NCBI GenBank assembly: GCA_016182295.1 | Contig: JACOXP010000005.1 | Coordinates: 4,926 to 68,925, forward strand | DNA: 64,000 nt | DNA from: Candidatus Harrisonbacteria bacterium | GTDB taxonomy: Bacteria > Patescibacteriota > Minisyncoccia > UBA6257 > WO2-44-18 | Direction of reading: 5' to 3' | The notes under the pieces: model-generated | What the model was told of the DNA's origin: nothing | Seen by the model: the letters and a program-made list of their open reading frames with translations, nothing else | Databases searched by the model: none | Made by a program: the position numbers and the translations under genes | Part shown: positions 1 through 8,565 of the stretch, one piece after another | Numbering within the stretch: position 1 is the first letter of the stretch | Layout of the letters: the number at the start of each line of letters is the position of its first letter

Positions 1-250
1 CGTGCACCTCTTCTTTAACAACGTCTTCCAGAAGTTTGGAAAAATCCGGTTTGGTCGTGAGTTGGACTTTATTTTCGTGTTCGGTAAGAAATAACCCCCT
101 TTGTTCATTGGTTAATTCTTCACCCAGCGATTTTATCGTTTTTCGGATCTCTTCCTCGCTGGTCTTAAGCAGTTTGGCGATTTTTTTTATTTCCAGCGGT
201 TCGCCGTATATAAAAAGGAATGCCTCTAATTTTGCCGAAAGGTTTTTATT
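1..250 (-). CDS. scpB: Segregation and condensation protein B (ScpB), N-terminal part; gene continues beyond window start
   Basis: Reverse-strand translation starts MNKNLSAKLEAFLFIYGEPLEIKKIAKLLK... (the ScpB LEALLF..GEPL motif). It lies directly downstream of scpA with a 4-nt overlap, the canonical scpA-scpB order. Confidence 0.6.
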
Positions 251-252
251 CA

Positions 253-963
253 TTAGTGTTTGTGAATTAAGATATCGCTGAAACTTTCTTTTTGCTCGAC
301 ATGAATAATTTTATCTTTGAGAAGGTGAAGCACCGCCAGAAAAAGAACGATAGCTTCGGTTCTGGATTTCTTTTGCGACAAAGTTTGGAAACTATGGCTT
401 CCGGATTCTTTAAATCTATTTAACAACTCTTCTATTTTTTGTTCAATACTGATAACGGCCGTTTTAATTTTTTGCTGTTCCGGAATCAGCGCCTGAAGAG
501 CCGCGGCCAAACCCCTTACCGCTTGCGATAAATCACTGACTTTCAGGCCTGGCGGCGGATAAAAAACAGCCGCGTCCCCAAGAGATAACAGCAACGGCCG
601 CCCATAAGAAATTCTATTTTTATCCCAGAGATTTTTAAGATGCTCGCCGGCTATTTTGAATTCTTTATAAATTTTTAATCGTTCTTCGAGATCGTGAATT
701 TCGGTTTCTTCTTCTTTCGTAAGCTCCAGCATCGGCAGCAGCACTTTTGATTTTATTAAGACCAATTTCGCCGCTACCACAAGAAAATCGGCTAGAATCG
801 AGGGCGAATATTGCTCCCCGAGTTTTTTAATGTAATTTAAAAAATCGGCGGTAACCTCCGCCAAGTTAACCTGGGTTATTTCCAGGTGTTTTCCCTCGAT
901 TAATTGGAGTAATTTGTCGAGCGGGCCGGTAAATTGGCCGGTTTTTACTTCATAACGATTCAT
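253..963 (-). CDS. scpA: Segregation and condensation protein A (ScpA)
   Basis: 236 aa; N-terminus FTGPLDKLLQLIEGKHLEI matches the ScpA family; followed by scpB. Confidence 0.8.
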   Translation of the reverse strand: MNRYEVKTGQFTGPLDKLLQLIEGKHLEITQVNLAEVTADFLNYIKKLGEQYSPSILADFLVVAAKLVLIKSKVLLPMLELTKEEETEIHDLEERLKIYKEFKIAGEHLKNLWDKNRISYGRPLLLSLGDAAVFYPPPGLKVSDLSQAVRGLAAALQALIPEQQKIKTAVISIEQKIEELLNRFKESGSHSFQTLSQKKSRTEAIVLFLAVLHLLKDKIIHVEQKESFSDILIHKH

Positions 964-2194
964 AGTAGATTAACGCTTCTTTAGTATAAACATTTGATGG
1001 ATTCCAAATCATCCAGCCGTCGTAATATTGAGGAGCGTTGGTGGCCGCCTCATCCCAGGCGTTAATCTGCGCTTTTACTTTTTCCGCGTCGTAATTTGCT
1101 CCCAAATCGAAATCCTGCAGCCAAGGACGGAATTTAGCAATAGGTGGCAGCGGCGTTGAAGTTCCATATTCTTCCAGAAGATTTGCTTCATAAATTTTCG
1201 CTCTGTAGAGAGCCGTATCCATTGAGTATTTCACAACTTCGTAAGGATGCTCCGCTGGATTTTGAAAACCGATAAAAGTTTTAGCGTAGTGCGAGGGATA
1301 AACCATCGGCGCGATTACGTCAAAATACGGCAAAGCGAATTCCAAATGCTGGCCTATCCCAAGTCCGTCGGTGTTGACCGTTACCAAACCGAAGAGGTCA
1401 GCGGAAATTTTTTCATCCGGCAACCGCCAGCGCATATACTTGAAAAAGTCCCGCATCACGTGGATTTTTAAAGTTTTTTCGTCCCAAAACGGATAGCTAA
1501 TGTCTTTTACGTTTCCGTCTGAAGCAAAACGGATGTAATCAAAATTAATTTCGTCGAAGCCGCGATTAACTATTTCTTCGGCAATGTCCAGATTATAGTC
1601 CCAAACTTCTCTGGAAGACTGATCCATCCAGGTTAGGCCTTTAAAATCTTTCCAAACCGCGCCGGTGGATGAGCTATGAAGCGCCAGATCCGGCCTCGCG
1701 ATCGCGTATCGCTGATCTTGGAAAGCGGAAATTCTGCCAATGATATAAATGTCTTCGTCGTGCAAACGTTTTATTAATTTATTAAGATTGGGAATTCTAA
1801 GTTCGACGGCGTCGTATTTTTTCGGTAATTCCAAATCCGTGTTGTAAACGATATAGCCGGAATAATCTTTGATATCTATAACGATGGCGTTCAACTCCGT
1901 TTGTTTGATGAGATTAATCAGATAATTTAATTTTTTTTCGTTGGACGCCGACCAGCTGGTCGCGTAAACGGCTTTTACAATTTCCGGCGGATTTTCCAGC
2001 GGTTTTTGCGGTTCGATATCCGTATTGGTTGGAGGAATAATTTTTGGTTCTGTTTCAACCGTTATGCTAGTAGCCTCGGCGACGGCTTTTGGAGAATCAA
2101 CGTTAATGGTTACCGGTTGTTGTATAAACCAAAAAACGCCGATTCCGGCACCGGCAATAATTAAAAAAAGGGCGAACCGGCCAACACTAAACAT
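950..2194 (-). CDS. Membrane-anchored putative glycoside-hydrolase-like (TIM-barrel, DUF4015-like) protein
   Basis: 414 aa; N-terminal TM helix then a soluble domain rich in aromatic and acidic residues, resembling hypothetical glycosyl hydrolase-like proteins. Assignment from recall only. Confidence 0.35.
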   Translation of the reverse strand: MFSVGRFALFLIIAGAGIGVFWFIQQPVTINVDSPKAVAEATSITVETEPKIIPPTNTDIEPQKPLENPPEIVKAVYATSWSASNEKKLNYLINLIKQTELNAIVIDIKDYSGYIVYNTDLELPKKYDAVELRIPNLNKLIKRLHDEDIYIIGRISAFQDQRYAIARPDLALHSSSTGAVWKDFKGLTWMDQSSREVWDYNLDIAEEIVNRGFDEINFDYIRFASDGNVKDISYPFWDEKTLKIHVMRDFFKYMRWRLPDEKISADLFGLVTVNTDGLGIGQHLEFALPYFDVIAPMVYPSHYAKTFIGFQNPAEHPYEVVKYSMDTALYRAKIYEANLLEEYGTSTPLPPIAKFRPWLQDFDLGANYDAEKVKAQINAWDEAATNAPQYYDGWMIWNPSNVYTKEALIYYESL

Positions 2195-2218
2195 CTTATT
2201 ATTATCTTAAGCCGAAAC

Positions 2219-2247
2219 TTGCTTAAAATCCAATTTTTTGTTACAAT
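2219..2247 (+). promoter_or_regulatory. Sigma70-like promoter (TTGCTT-N17-TACAAT) upstream of the NUDIX gene; RBS GGAGGTG at 2274-2280
   Basis: -35 TTGCTT at 2219-2224, 17-nt spacer, -10 TACAAT at 2242-2247; ATG at 2282. Confidence 0.4.
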
Positions 2248-2281
2248 CCGGACACAAGTTTCTTTGAAATTACGGAGGTGA

Positions 2282-2728
2282 ATGATGAAGAAAAGAGTGG
2301 TAATTCGGTTGTGGGACGGAGGACGCGAACATGTTTTGATGTTGTTGCGCGAGTCAAAAGACGGTGTTTATAAACACCGCAATCATCGCAAATTGTGTTG
2401 GGTTTTGCCCCAAACGAAGATTCTGCAGTTTGAAAGTCCGCGCGAAGCGGCGATGCGAGCGCTAGAGGAAATGGGCGTGGGAGCCGCGGTAAAAGAGACT
2501 CATTCCGACGTTATCTATACGGATGACAAGGAAGTGTTTCTCTTCGATGCTTATAATTCCGGCCAGCTTCCTCAAAAACTGGGCCATGATATTTTGACGA
2601 GCAATTGGGTTTATGTAAATTGGCTGATTCCCGGTCACCCGACTTACGGCCGCTTCCAGGGCTATCACATCTCAAGACGGCAAATTAGGGACTATATACT
2701 CAGAGAAACCCTCACAGCCCCCCAATAA
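2282..2728 (+). CDS. NUDIX family hydrolase
   Basis: 148 aa; Nudix-box-like segment ...QFESPREAAMRALEEMGV... (G-x5-E-x7-REuxEExGu pattern). Confidence 0.5.
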   Translation: MMKKRVVIRLWDGGREHVLMLLRESKDGVYKHRNHRKLCWVLPQTKILQFESPREAAMRALEEMGVGAAVKETHSDVIYTDDKEVFLFDAYNSGQLPQKLGHDILTSNWVYVNWLIPGHPTYGRFQGYHISRRQIRDYILRETLTAPQ

Positions 2729-2741
2729 GGGGCTTTTTTTG
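2717..2741 (+). terminator. Rho-independent terminator (GCCCC-loop-GGGGC + T7)
   Basis: Hairpin gcccc/ccaataa/ggggc followed by ttttttt immediately after the NUDIX stop. Confidence 0.6.
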
Positions 2742-2788
2742 TTGGCTTTGTCTTTGCGAAACAACCGAAAAATTTATAGAATAAGGGC

Positions 2789-3901
2789 ATGGCACTGGCA
2801 ATCTACAGGAAATACCGCCCTAAAAGCTTTGGTGAATTTTTAGGCCAAAGAGAAATTTCGGAAGTTTTGAAAAACGCCGCCCGGCAAAACCGGCTGGCTC
2901 ACGCTTATCTTTTCTGCGGACCCCGCGGCACCGGAAAGACGACCGCCGCCCGCCTTCTCGCCAAGCTTGCTAATTGCCTGACTCGCAAGACCGATTCCAG
3001 TTTTCATCAAAAAGGCGAACCTTGTAATTATTGCGTCCACTGTTCCGATATTGATGCCGGAAAAGCGCTGGATGTCATAGAAATCGACGCCGCTTCCAAC
3101 CGCGGCATTGACGAAATCCGCAACCTCAAAGAAGGCATTCGCCTTTCCCCGGCCGTCCACGATCACAAAGTAGTTATCATTGACGAAACCCACATGCTCA
3201 CCAAGGAAGCGTTCAACGCGCTTTTGAAAACTTTGGAAGAGCCGCCGGCTCACGCGATTTTAGTGCTGGCGACCACCGAATATGAAAAAGTGCCGCCGAC
3301 AATTTCTTCCCGCTGTCAGAGATTCTATTTCCGCAAGCTCCCGGTTGAAGAAATAAAATCAAAATTAAAAAGGATCGCCCTTGCTGAAAAAATACAGGCC
3401 ACTGACGAAGCGCTGGAATTGATTGCTTCGGCAGCCGAAGGAAGTTTACGCGATGCCGAATCTCTCTTTGATCAGATGGCTTCTTTTTCCGGCAGTATAG
3501 ACGCCGAAGCGGTTGAAAAAAATCTCGGCCAGGTGGGCCTGGCAAGGATCGTTACGCTCGCCGGTCACATTTTTGAAAATAATCTTTCCGCCGCGCTTCA
3601 ATATATCGGGAAATTAAACGAGGGCGGCTACAATGTCGTTGATCTCAACAAAGAGCTTATTCACTACTTGCGGCGGGTTATCAGTTTGAAAGTTGATCCA
3701 AATTTGGCGACGCTTTTTGAACGGCAATTTACCGCTAAAGATTTAGACCAATTAAAAAAACACGGCGAACTGGTTGATATGAATAAACATATTAATCTTC
3801 TGCGGTCGCTGATTCGCGCTTACAGCGAGATGCGTTATAGTCCTTTCGCTTCCGTGCCATTGGAAATCGCCATAATTGAAAATCTCCAGAAAAAGGAGTA
3901 A
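2789..3901 (+). CDS. dnaX: DNA polymerase III subunit gamma/tau (short form)
   Basis: 370 aa; YRPKSF..GQ, Walker A GPRGTGKTT, zinc-finger cysteines CNYCVHC, SRC motif. Confidence 0.85.
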   Translation: MALAIYRKYRPKSFGEFLGQREISEVLKNAARQNRLAHAYLFCGPRGTGKTTAARLLAKLANCLTRKTDSSFHQKGEPCNYCVHCSDIDAGKALDVIEIDAASNRGIDEIRNLKEGIRLSPAVHDHKVVIIDETHMLTKEAFNALLKTLEEPPAHAILVLATTEYEKVPPTISSRCQRFYFRKLPVEEIKSKLKRIALAEKIQATDEALELIASAAEGSLRDAESLFDQMASFSGSIDAEAVEKNLGQVGLARIVTLAGHIFENNLSAALQYIGKLNEGGYNVVDLNKELIHYLRRVISLKVDPNLATLFERQFTAKDLDQLKKHGELVDMNKHINLLRSLIRAYSEMRYSPFASVPLEIAIIENLQKKE

Positions 3902-3922
3902 AATGTAGAAAATTCCCAACCT

Positions 3923-3947
3923 TCCGGGATCGTCTAATGGTAGGACG
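3923..3947 (+). pseudogene. 5' fragment (acceptor + D-arm, 25 nt) of a tRNA-Gln gene, identical to the first 25 nt of tRNA-Gln(TTG) at 17766
   Basis: tccgggatcgtctaatggtaggacg is identical to 17766-17790. The matching 3' part lies about 360 nt downstream (4309-4352). Confidence 0.5.
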
Positions 3948-4005
3948 AGTCCCTTGCTAAAATATTAATCTCAACCGCGGCGGTGCAAATTTTAGTGAAT
4001 TGAGC

Positions 4006-4076
4006 TGGGGGATCGTCTAATGGTAGGACGCATGGCTCTGAACCATGAAGTCTAGGTTCGACTCCTGGTCCCCCAG
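4006..4076 (+). tRNA. tRNA-Gln (anticodon CTG)
   Basis: Cloverleaf: acceptor tggggga/tccccca, D-stem gtct/ggac, anticodon stem catgg/ccatg with loop ctCTGaa, T-arm ctagg-ttcgact-cctgg, discriminator g. It is flanked by a 9-bp inverted repeat (3997-4005 / 4076-4084) that extends the acceptor stem to 16 bp. Confidence 0.85.
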
Positions 4077-4308
4077 CTCAATTCATTTATTCAGCGCTAG
4101 GCGCGACGACGAAGACGTAAAACTTTACGCCGAGGAGGAGCAACGACGCGATGGAATAAAATTTGCCCGCCCCTTCGGGTTGTTGGCAAAATGGCGTCTC
4201 GACTCGAGGCTCATCCTCGGAGTAGAGTCTACACCTTCGGATTCGCTCCTTCGCGAGACATCCATTTTGCCTAACAACGCGGCGAGAGCTAATATTTTGG
4301 CAAGGGAC

Positions 4309-4352
4309 CTGCTCTGAACCATGAAATTGGGGTTCGATTCCCTGTCCCGGAA
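4309..4352 (+). pseudogene. 3' fragment of a tRNA-Gln gene (anticodon loop of CTG type + T-arm/acceptor of TTG type)
   Basis: ctgctctgaaccatgaaattggggttcgattccctgtcccggaa. The last 24 nt differ by 1 nt from the 3' end of tRNA-Gln(TTG) at 17766-17836. No 5' partner within 80 nt; the partner is at 3923-3947. Confidence 0.5.
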
Positions 4353-4356
4353 CAGA

Positions 4357-4575
4357 TCAAAACTTAACCGGCAGTTGAAGCGCGAAACCAATGGCTATTA
4401 AAAGCAGACCGAAGAGTCCGAATTTTTGTTCTCTTTTCATCTGCGAGAAAACCTTATCGTCTATTTTGTGCTCGCGCCAAAAACGATAATGGACAGCGAT
4501 TGCCATATAACCAACCAGGAGTTTCCCCAAAGTATCGATAAAGAATCCGATTGAAGCTAGTAGTTCTAAACTCAT
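4357..4575 (-). CDS. Small two-TM membrane protein (hypothetical)
   Basis: 72 aa, two hydrophobic helices; compact spacing before the GT-C genes. Confidence 0.3.
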   Translation of the reverse strand: MSLELLASIGFFIDTLGKLLVGYMAIAVHYRFWREHKIDDKVFSQMKREQKFGLFGLLLIAIGFALQLPVKF

Positions 4576-4609
4576 AATACTTATGTTAATTTTACCTTAT
4601 TAACTTCCT

Positions 4610-6109
4610 ATGAAGCAAAACCTTCTTTGGGTAATCGCGATTTTTGTTGTTTTTGCTGCTGCTTGGCATTTTGGCAATCCCAATATCGCCGATCCGGACA
4701 GTTTCTTTTACATGGGGCTGGCTTCTTGGCATCGGGAAAGCGGAGTTTTGGCCAACGATTTTCCCTGGATATATCACTCCGTCGTTCGCGAGCTTTCCGC
4801 TTCGCTTTGGTATGGTTTTGGCGTTTTTTTAATCCCGTTTTCTTTATTAAGCATTCCTTTTTGGAGTATCAAAATCGCGGGCGTTCTTTTAACCGCGGCG
4901 GCGCTTTTTTCGATTTACTGGGTGTGTAAAAAATTCGGTTTCCGCTGGCCGGCATTCTGGCCATTCCTGGCTTTTTTTGCCGCCCCCAACTCTCTCTTTC
5001 ATTTTCTAATGGTCAGGCCGCAGACAATTTCGCTGATTTTGGCGCCCTTGTTGTTTTATTTTCTTTTACGTCGGTCGTTTTGGGGCATCGCGCTTACTTC
5101 TTTTGGCATCGTCTGGTTTCATTTTAACTTTGCCTGGCTCCCAGTTTTAATTTTTGCCGTCATTAAATTTTACTCGCTTCTTTTTGAGAAAAAAATTGTT
5201 TTAAAAGAAGGTTTGACTTTGCTGGCCGGTCTGTTGTTGGGTTGGCTTTTGCGGCCGGAACCAATCGCTGCCGCCAAGCTTTTTTATATTCAGGTCTTCC
5301 AGCAGATTTTTGAAAAATCCGGCGGTTTGCCGCTGATCTTTGGCGCGGAAAATTATCCTTTAAGCGCCGAGATTCTTTTCACCAATTTCTTGGTGTTTCT
5401 CGTTCTTTGGGTGGCCGGAACGTTTTTTATAAGCAAAACAGCGATGGAAAAAAGAATGCTGATTTTTTGCGGCTTAACCATTTCTTCCATTTTCTTTTTG
5501 ATTTCCATTATTGTGGCGAGGCGAGCATACGACTTCTGGATCATTTTCGGAGTTATTTTTCTCGCTGCCGTTTTTTCCTTCATCGAAGGCAGACAAGTTC
5601 GGCAAGCGGTAGCCTACGTGTTGGGCGGCATTCTTGTTTTTTTGATTTTATTTTCCGGCGTTAAGACCGGTATCAGTTTGGCTAACCAGGGGCACTCGCC
5701 GACAAATTTGAAAGAAGTTTCCCTTTGGCTGAAGGAGAACAGCCAACCTGGGGAAATCGTTTTTAATCTTCACTGGGCGGATTTTTCACCGCTGTTTTAT
5801 TGGAATCGCCAGAATTATTACACTTTCGGTCTCGATCCGATTTTTGCGTACGCCTATAACCCGTCGCTTTATTGGAAATTTCATTACCTTTCCATCGATC
5901 AAGTGACTAAAAAAACTTGCGGCGCTGAAGCCTGCACCCGGGAGCAATTGGAAGATACTTATGAGGTTTTGGTTCGCGATTTTAACGCTAAGTACGTATT
6001 GCTTACCAAAGATGAAAACCCAGCCGTTGATTTTTGGATTAGCGGAGATGATCGTTTTCAGAAAGTATTCGAGACGGATAACGAGAAAATTTACCTCATC
6101 CAAGAATGA
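4610..6109 (+). CDS. GT-C fold polytopic membrane glycosyltransferase (PMT/ArnT/STT3-like), paralog 1
   Basis: 499 aa, about 12 predicted TM segments followed by a ~130-aa soluble C-terminal domain. First-loop motif ADPDSFFYMGLASW (D-x-D-x-aromatic). Translationally coupled to paralog 2. Confidence 0.5.
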   Translation: MKQNLLWVIAIFVVFAAAWHFGNPNIADPDSFFYMGLASWHRESGVLANDFPWIYHSVVRELSASLWYGFGVFLIPFSLLSIPFWSIKIAGVLLTAAALFSIYWVCKKFGFRWPAFWPFLAFFAAPNSLFHFLMVRPQTISLILAPLLFYFLLRRSFWGIALTSFGIVWFHFNFAWLPVLIFAVIKFYSLLFEKKIVLKEGLTLLAGLLLGWLLRPEPIAAAKLFYIQVFQQIFEKSGGLPLIFGAENYPLSAEILFTNFLVFLVLWVAGTFFISKTAMEKRMLIFCGLTISSIFFLISIIVARRAYDFWIIFGVIFLAAVFSFIEGRQVRQAVAYVLGGILVFLILFSGVKTGISLANQGHSPTNLKEVSLWLKENSQPGEIVFNLHWADFSPLFYWNRQNYYTFGLDPIFAYAYNPSLYWKFHYLSIDQVTKKTCGAEACTREQLEDTYEVLVRDFNAKYVLLTKDENPAVDFWISGDDRFQKVFETDNEKIYLIQE

Positions 6110-7647
6110 ACAAGAAATTATTACTTTCAATTCTTGTAGTCATAGCGGTTGCCTTTGCCCTTCACGCGAGCATTCCCGGAATTCCGGATACGGACGCTTT
6201 TTATCACATTCGCCATTCCTGGCTTTACCGCGCCGGCGGTATTTTCCAATCCAGCTTCCCGTGGACTCAATATTCGGTCATCAACCAATACTCCGCGGAT
6301 ATCTGGTACGGATTTCATATTTTAATAATCCCCTTCACGTTTTTTAGCGATCTTATCAAGGGAATGACAACCGGCGGATTTGCGGTAAATTTGGCGGCGG
6401 TTTTTCTGGTCTTCGCCGCTTTATCAAGGTTAAAAGTAAAATGGCCGCTTTTTTGGACTTTTCTTTTCTGGTTCGCTTCGGCTGATGTTTTATTCCGCTT
6501 GACGATGTTGCGCCCTCACCCGCTTTCGATGGGGCTTAGTTTGATTATTTTTGCTTACTTAGCCACGCCGAGAACCAAGTATACTTTGCCGATTATCTTT
6601 TTTTCCGCGGCGACTATTTCGTGGATACACCTTTCTCTTTCCTGGCTGCCGATTTTGGTTGGCCTTGCTGTCGCCGGTGTCGCCATTCTAAAAAAGGAAA
6701 TTCAGCCGATAAAAAACGCGCTTCTCATAATCCCCGGAATTTTATTGGGGTGGGTTCTGCGTCCCAATTTTTTAGGAGCGGCAAAGATTGCTTATATTCA
6801 GGTTGTCCAGCTTGTCGTGGAGAAACAGTTTGGCGCCGAGTTTCTTCGCTTTGGCCGAGAGTTGCGCCCGTTCGTCTTTGAAAACTTCGCCGATCAATTG
6901 GTGCCGATTTCTGTTTTAATGACGCTGGGAATTTGCCTGATTTTCTGGAAAGTTTTTTTAAAAAAAATTAAAACCGCGACGGCTACTTGGGCCAGTCTGG
7001 GATTGGCGGTTTTGTTTTTCACGCTGGCTTTTACTTTGGCTCGGCGCGCCAACGATATTTTTATCGGTTTTGCCGCGATTTTTCTGGGGCTATTATTCAC
7101 GGAATTATTTATGGAAAAACGTCTGTTTACGGCAAAGTGGGTAATGCCGGTATTGACCACGACCGTTGCCATCATTTTAGTAGCGATGCCGATTAAAAAT
7201 ATTTATCGTTTCGGAACTTACCTTCAAAATGTTTTCGATCCGCAAAGATTTAGCGAGGCTTCCAAATGGCTGATTAAAAATTCCCAGCCGGGCGAAATCG
7301 TGTTCAGTCCGAATTGGGATCGTTTTGGGCCGCTGTTTTTCTGGAATTGGCAAAATTATTACATCAACGGCATGGATCCCATTTTTGAATTTGCTTACGA
7401 TCAATCGCTTTATTGGAAAACTCATTTTCTTTCCGTTGATCAAGGAGCCGCGATCACTTGCGGTATGGTTCGTTGCAGAGCTGGCGAAGCCGAGGACACA
7501 CATTTGGTTCTGAAACGAGATTTCAAAGCGTCATACATCATAGTTGAAAAAACGCGCAGTCCGAGGTTATATGAATATGTGGCAAAAACTGATGGTTTTA
7601 AGAAGGTCTTTGAAACTGTTTCGGAAGGAGTGTTTAAAATATTATGA
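6106..7647 (+). CDS. GT-C fold polytopic membrane glycosyltransferase, paralog 2
   Basis: 513 aa; same architecture. First-loop motif IPDTDAFYHIRHSW. The C-terminal domain motif NSQPGEIVF...W.RFGPLF.WNWQNYY is shared with paralog 1. Confidence 0.5.
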   Translation: MNKKLLLSILVVIAVAFALHASIPGIPDTDAFYHIRHSWLYRAGGIFQSSFPWTQYSVINQYSADIWYGFHILIIPFTFFSDLIKGMTTGGFAVNLAAVFLVFAALSRLKVKWPLFWTFLFWFASADVLFRLTMLRPHPLSMGLSLIIFAYLATPRTKYTLPIIFFSAATISWIHLSLSWLPILVGLAVAGVAILKKEIQPIKNALLIIPGILLGWVLRPNFLGAAKIAYIQVVQLVVEKQFGAEFLRFGRELRPFVFENFADQLVPISVLMTLGICLIFWKVFLKKIKTATATWASLGLAVLFFTLAFTLARRANDIFIGFAAIFLGLLFTELFMEKRLFTAKWVMPVLTTTVAIILVAMPIKNIYRFGTYLQNVFDPQRFSEASKWLIKNSQPGEIVFSPNWDRFGPLFFWNWQNYYINGMDPIFEFAYDQSLYWKTHFLSVDQGAAITCGMVRCRAGEAEDTHLVLKRDFKASYIIVEKTRSPRLYEYVAKTDGFKKVFETVSEGVFKIL

Positions 7648-8330
7648 ACAATAAATTATCAGTAGTGATTCCAACTTTTAACGAAATAAAAACACTGCCA
7701 TCCGTAATTGAAAAGGTGTTAGCTCAGAAACCGGCGGAAATTATCATTGTGGATGATTGTTCGACTGATGATACTTGGAAATTTCTTTCCAATTTGAAAA
7801 ATAAGTCAATTAAAACCTTTCGACACAAAGAAAATTCTGGAAAAGGAGCAGCCGTTCGTACTGGTATACAAAAAGCCACCGGGACAATTCTTATTATTCA
7901 GGATGCCGACTTAGAGTACGATCCTTCAGAATACGCCAAAGTATTAAAGCCAATTTTAGATGATAGGGCCGATGTTGTTTATGGGTCGCGTTTTGTAGGT
8001 CCGGAACCGCATCGAATTCATTATTTTTGGAATTTTGTTGGTAATCGTTTTTTAACAACGTTGACAAACTTGTTTGCCAATCTCAATTTATCAGATATGG
8101 AAACTGGCTGTAAGGCGTTTCGTAAGGAAGTGTTTGACTCAATAAATCTCACCGAAAACGATTTTGGGTTCGAACCGGAAGTAACCATTAAGCTTGCCAA
8201 ACAAGGTTACCGTTTTTATGAAGTCGGAATTTCCTATCACGGCCGCAGTTATAAAGAAGGCAAAAAAATCCGTTGGACCGACGGCGTTAAAGCTGTTTGG
8301 GTTATAGTAAAACACGGTCTTTTCTCGTAA
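7644..8330 (+). CDS. GT2 polyprenol-phosphate (dolichol-phosphate mannose synthase-like) glycosyltransferase
   Basis: 228 aa; VVIPTFNE, IIVDDCSTD, DADLEYDP motifs typical of Dpm1/GtrB-like GT2. 4-nt overlap with the upstream GT-C gene. Confidence 0.8.
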   Translation: MNNKLSVVIPTFNEIKTLPSVIEKVLAQKPAEIIIVDDCSTDDTWKFLSNLKNKSIKTFRHKENSGKGAAVRTGIQKATGTILIIQDADLEYDPSEYAKVLKPILDDRADVVYGSRFVGPEPHRIHYFWNFVGNRFLTTLTNLFANLNLSDMETGCKAFRKEVFDSINLTENDFGFEPEVTIKLAKQGYRFYEVGISYHGRSYKEGKKIRWTDGVKAVWVIVKHGLFS

Positions 8331-8334
8331 TAAA

Positions 8335-8367
8335 ATCCCCCGATTACTTTGCCGGGGGATCTTTTTT
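8335..8367 (+). terminator. Rho-independent terminator after the GT2 gene
   Basis: atcccccg...cgggggat hairpin followed by tttttt. Confidence 0.6.
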
Positions 8368-8499
8368 GTTCTGGTTTTTTGCTTGAGCAATTTGAAGCGA
8401 CCAGTAAATAAATATAGCAATGATGCAAAGCGTGAAAACAACTCTTAGGGTCAGCCCATCCATGCCCGATTCCTTAAAAAGTGCCGAGGTTATTATAAC

Positions 8500-8532
8500 A
8501 AAAACCCGCCCTCTTTTGGAGGGCGGGTTTTT
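8500..8532. terminator. Bidirectional intrinsic terminator (A5-cccgccctc-tttt-gagggcggg-T5), likely terminating rnpB on the minus strand
   Basis: Perfect 9-bp GC stem flanked by an A-run and a T-run, 30 nt downstream (minus strand) of the rnpB 3' end. Confidence 0.5.
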
Positions 8533-8565
8533 GACGCCCTCCGTCGCATTAAGCGGCGGAGGGCA

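Noticed and set aside
36-281. Plus-strand 81-aa ORF at the window start, and many other short six-frame ORFs antisense to known genes (for example 2462-2668, 2840-3253, 3213-3545, 10579-11172, 22043-22264, 38092-38583, 38333-38689, 40017-40439, 46480-46878)
   Set aside because: They lie antisense to, or inside, well-supported genes (scpB, dnaX, pgk, lepA, dnaJ and others). They have low-complexity composition and no motifs, so they are most likely non-coding.
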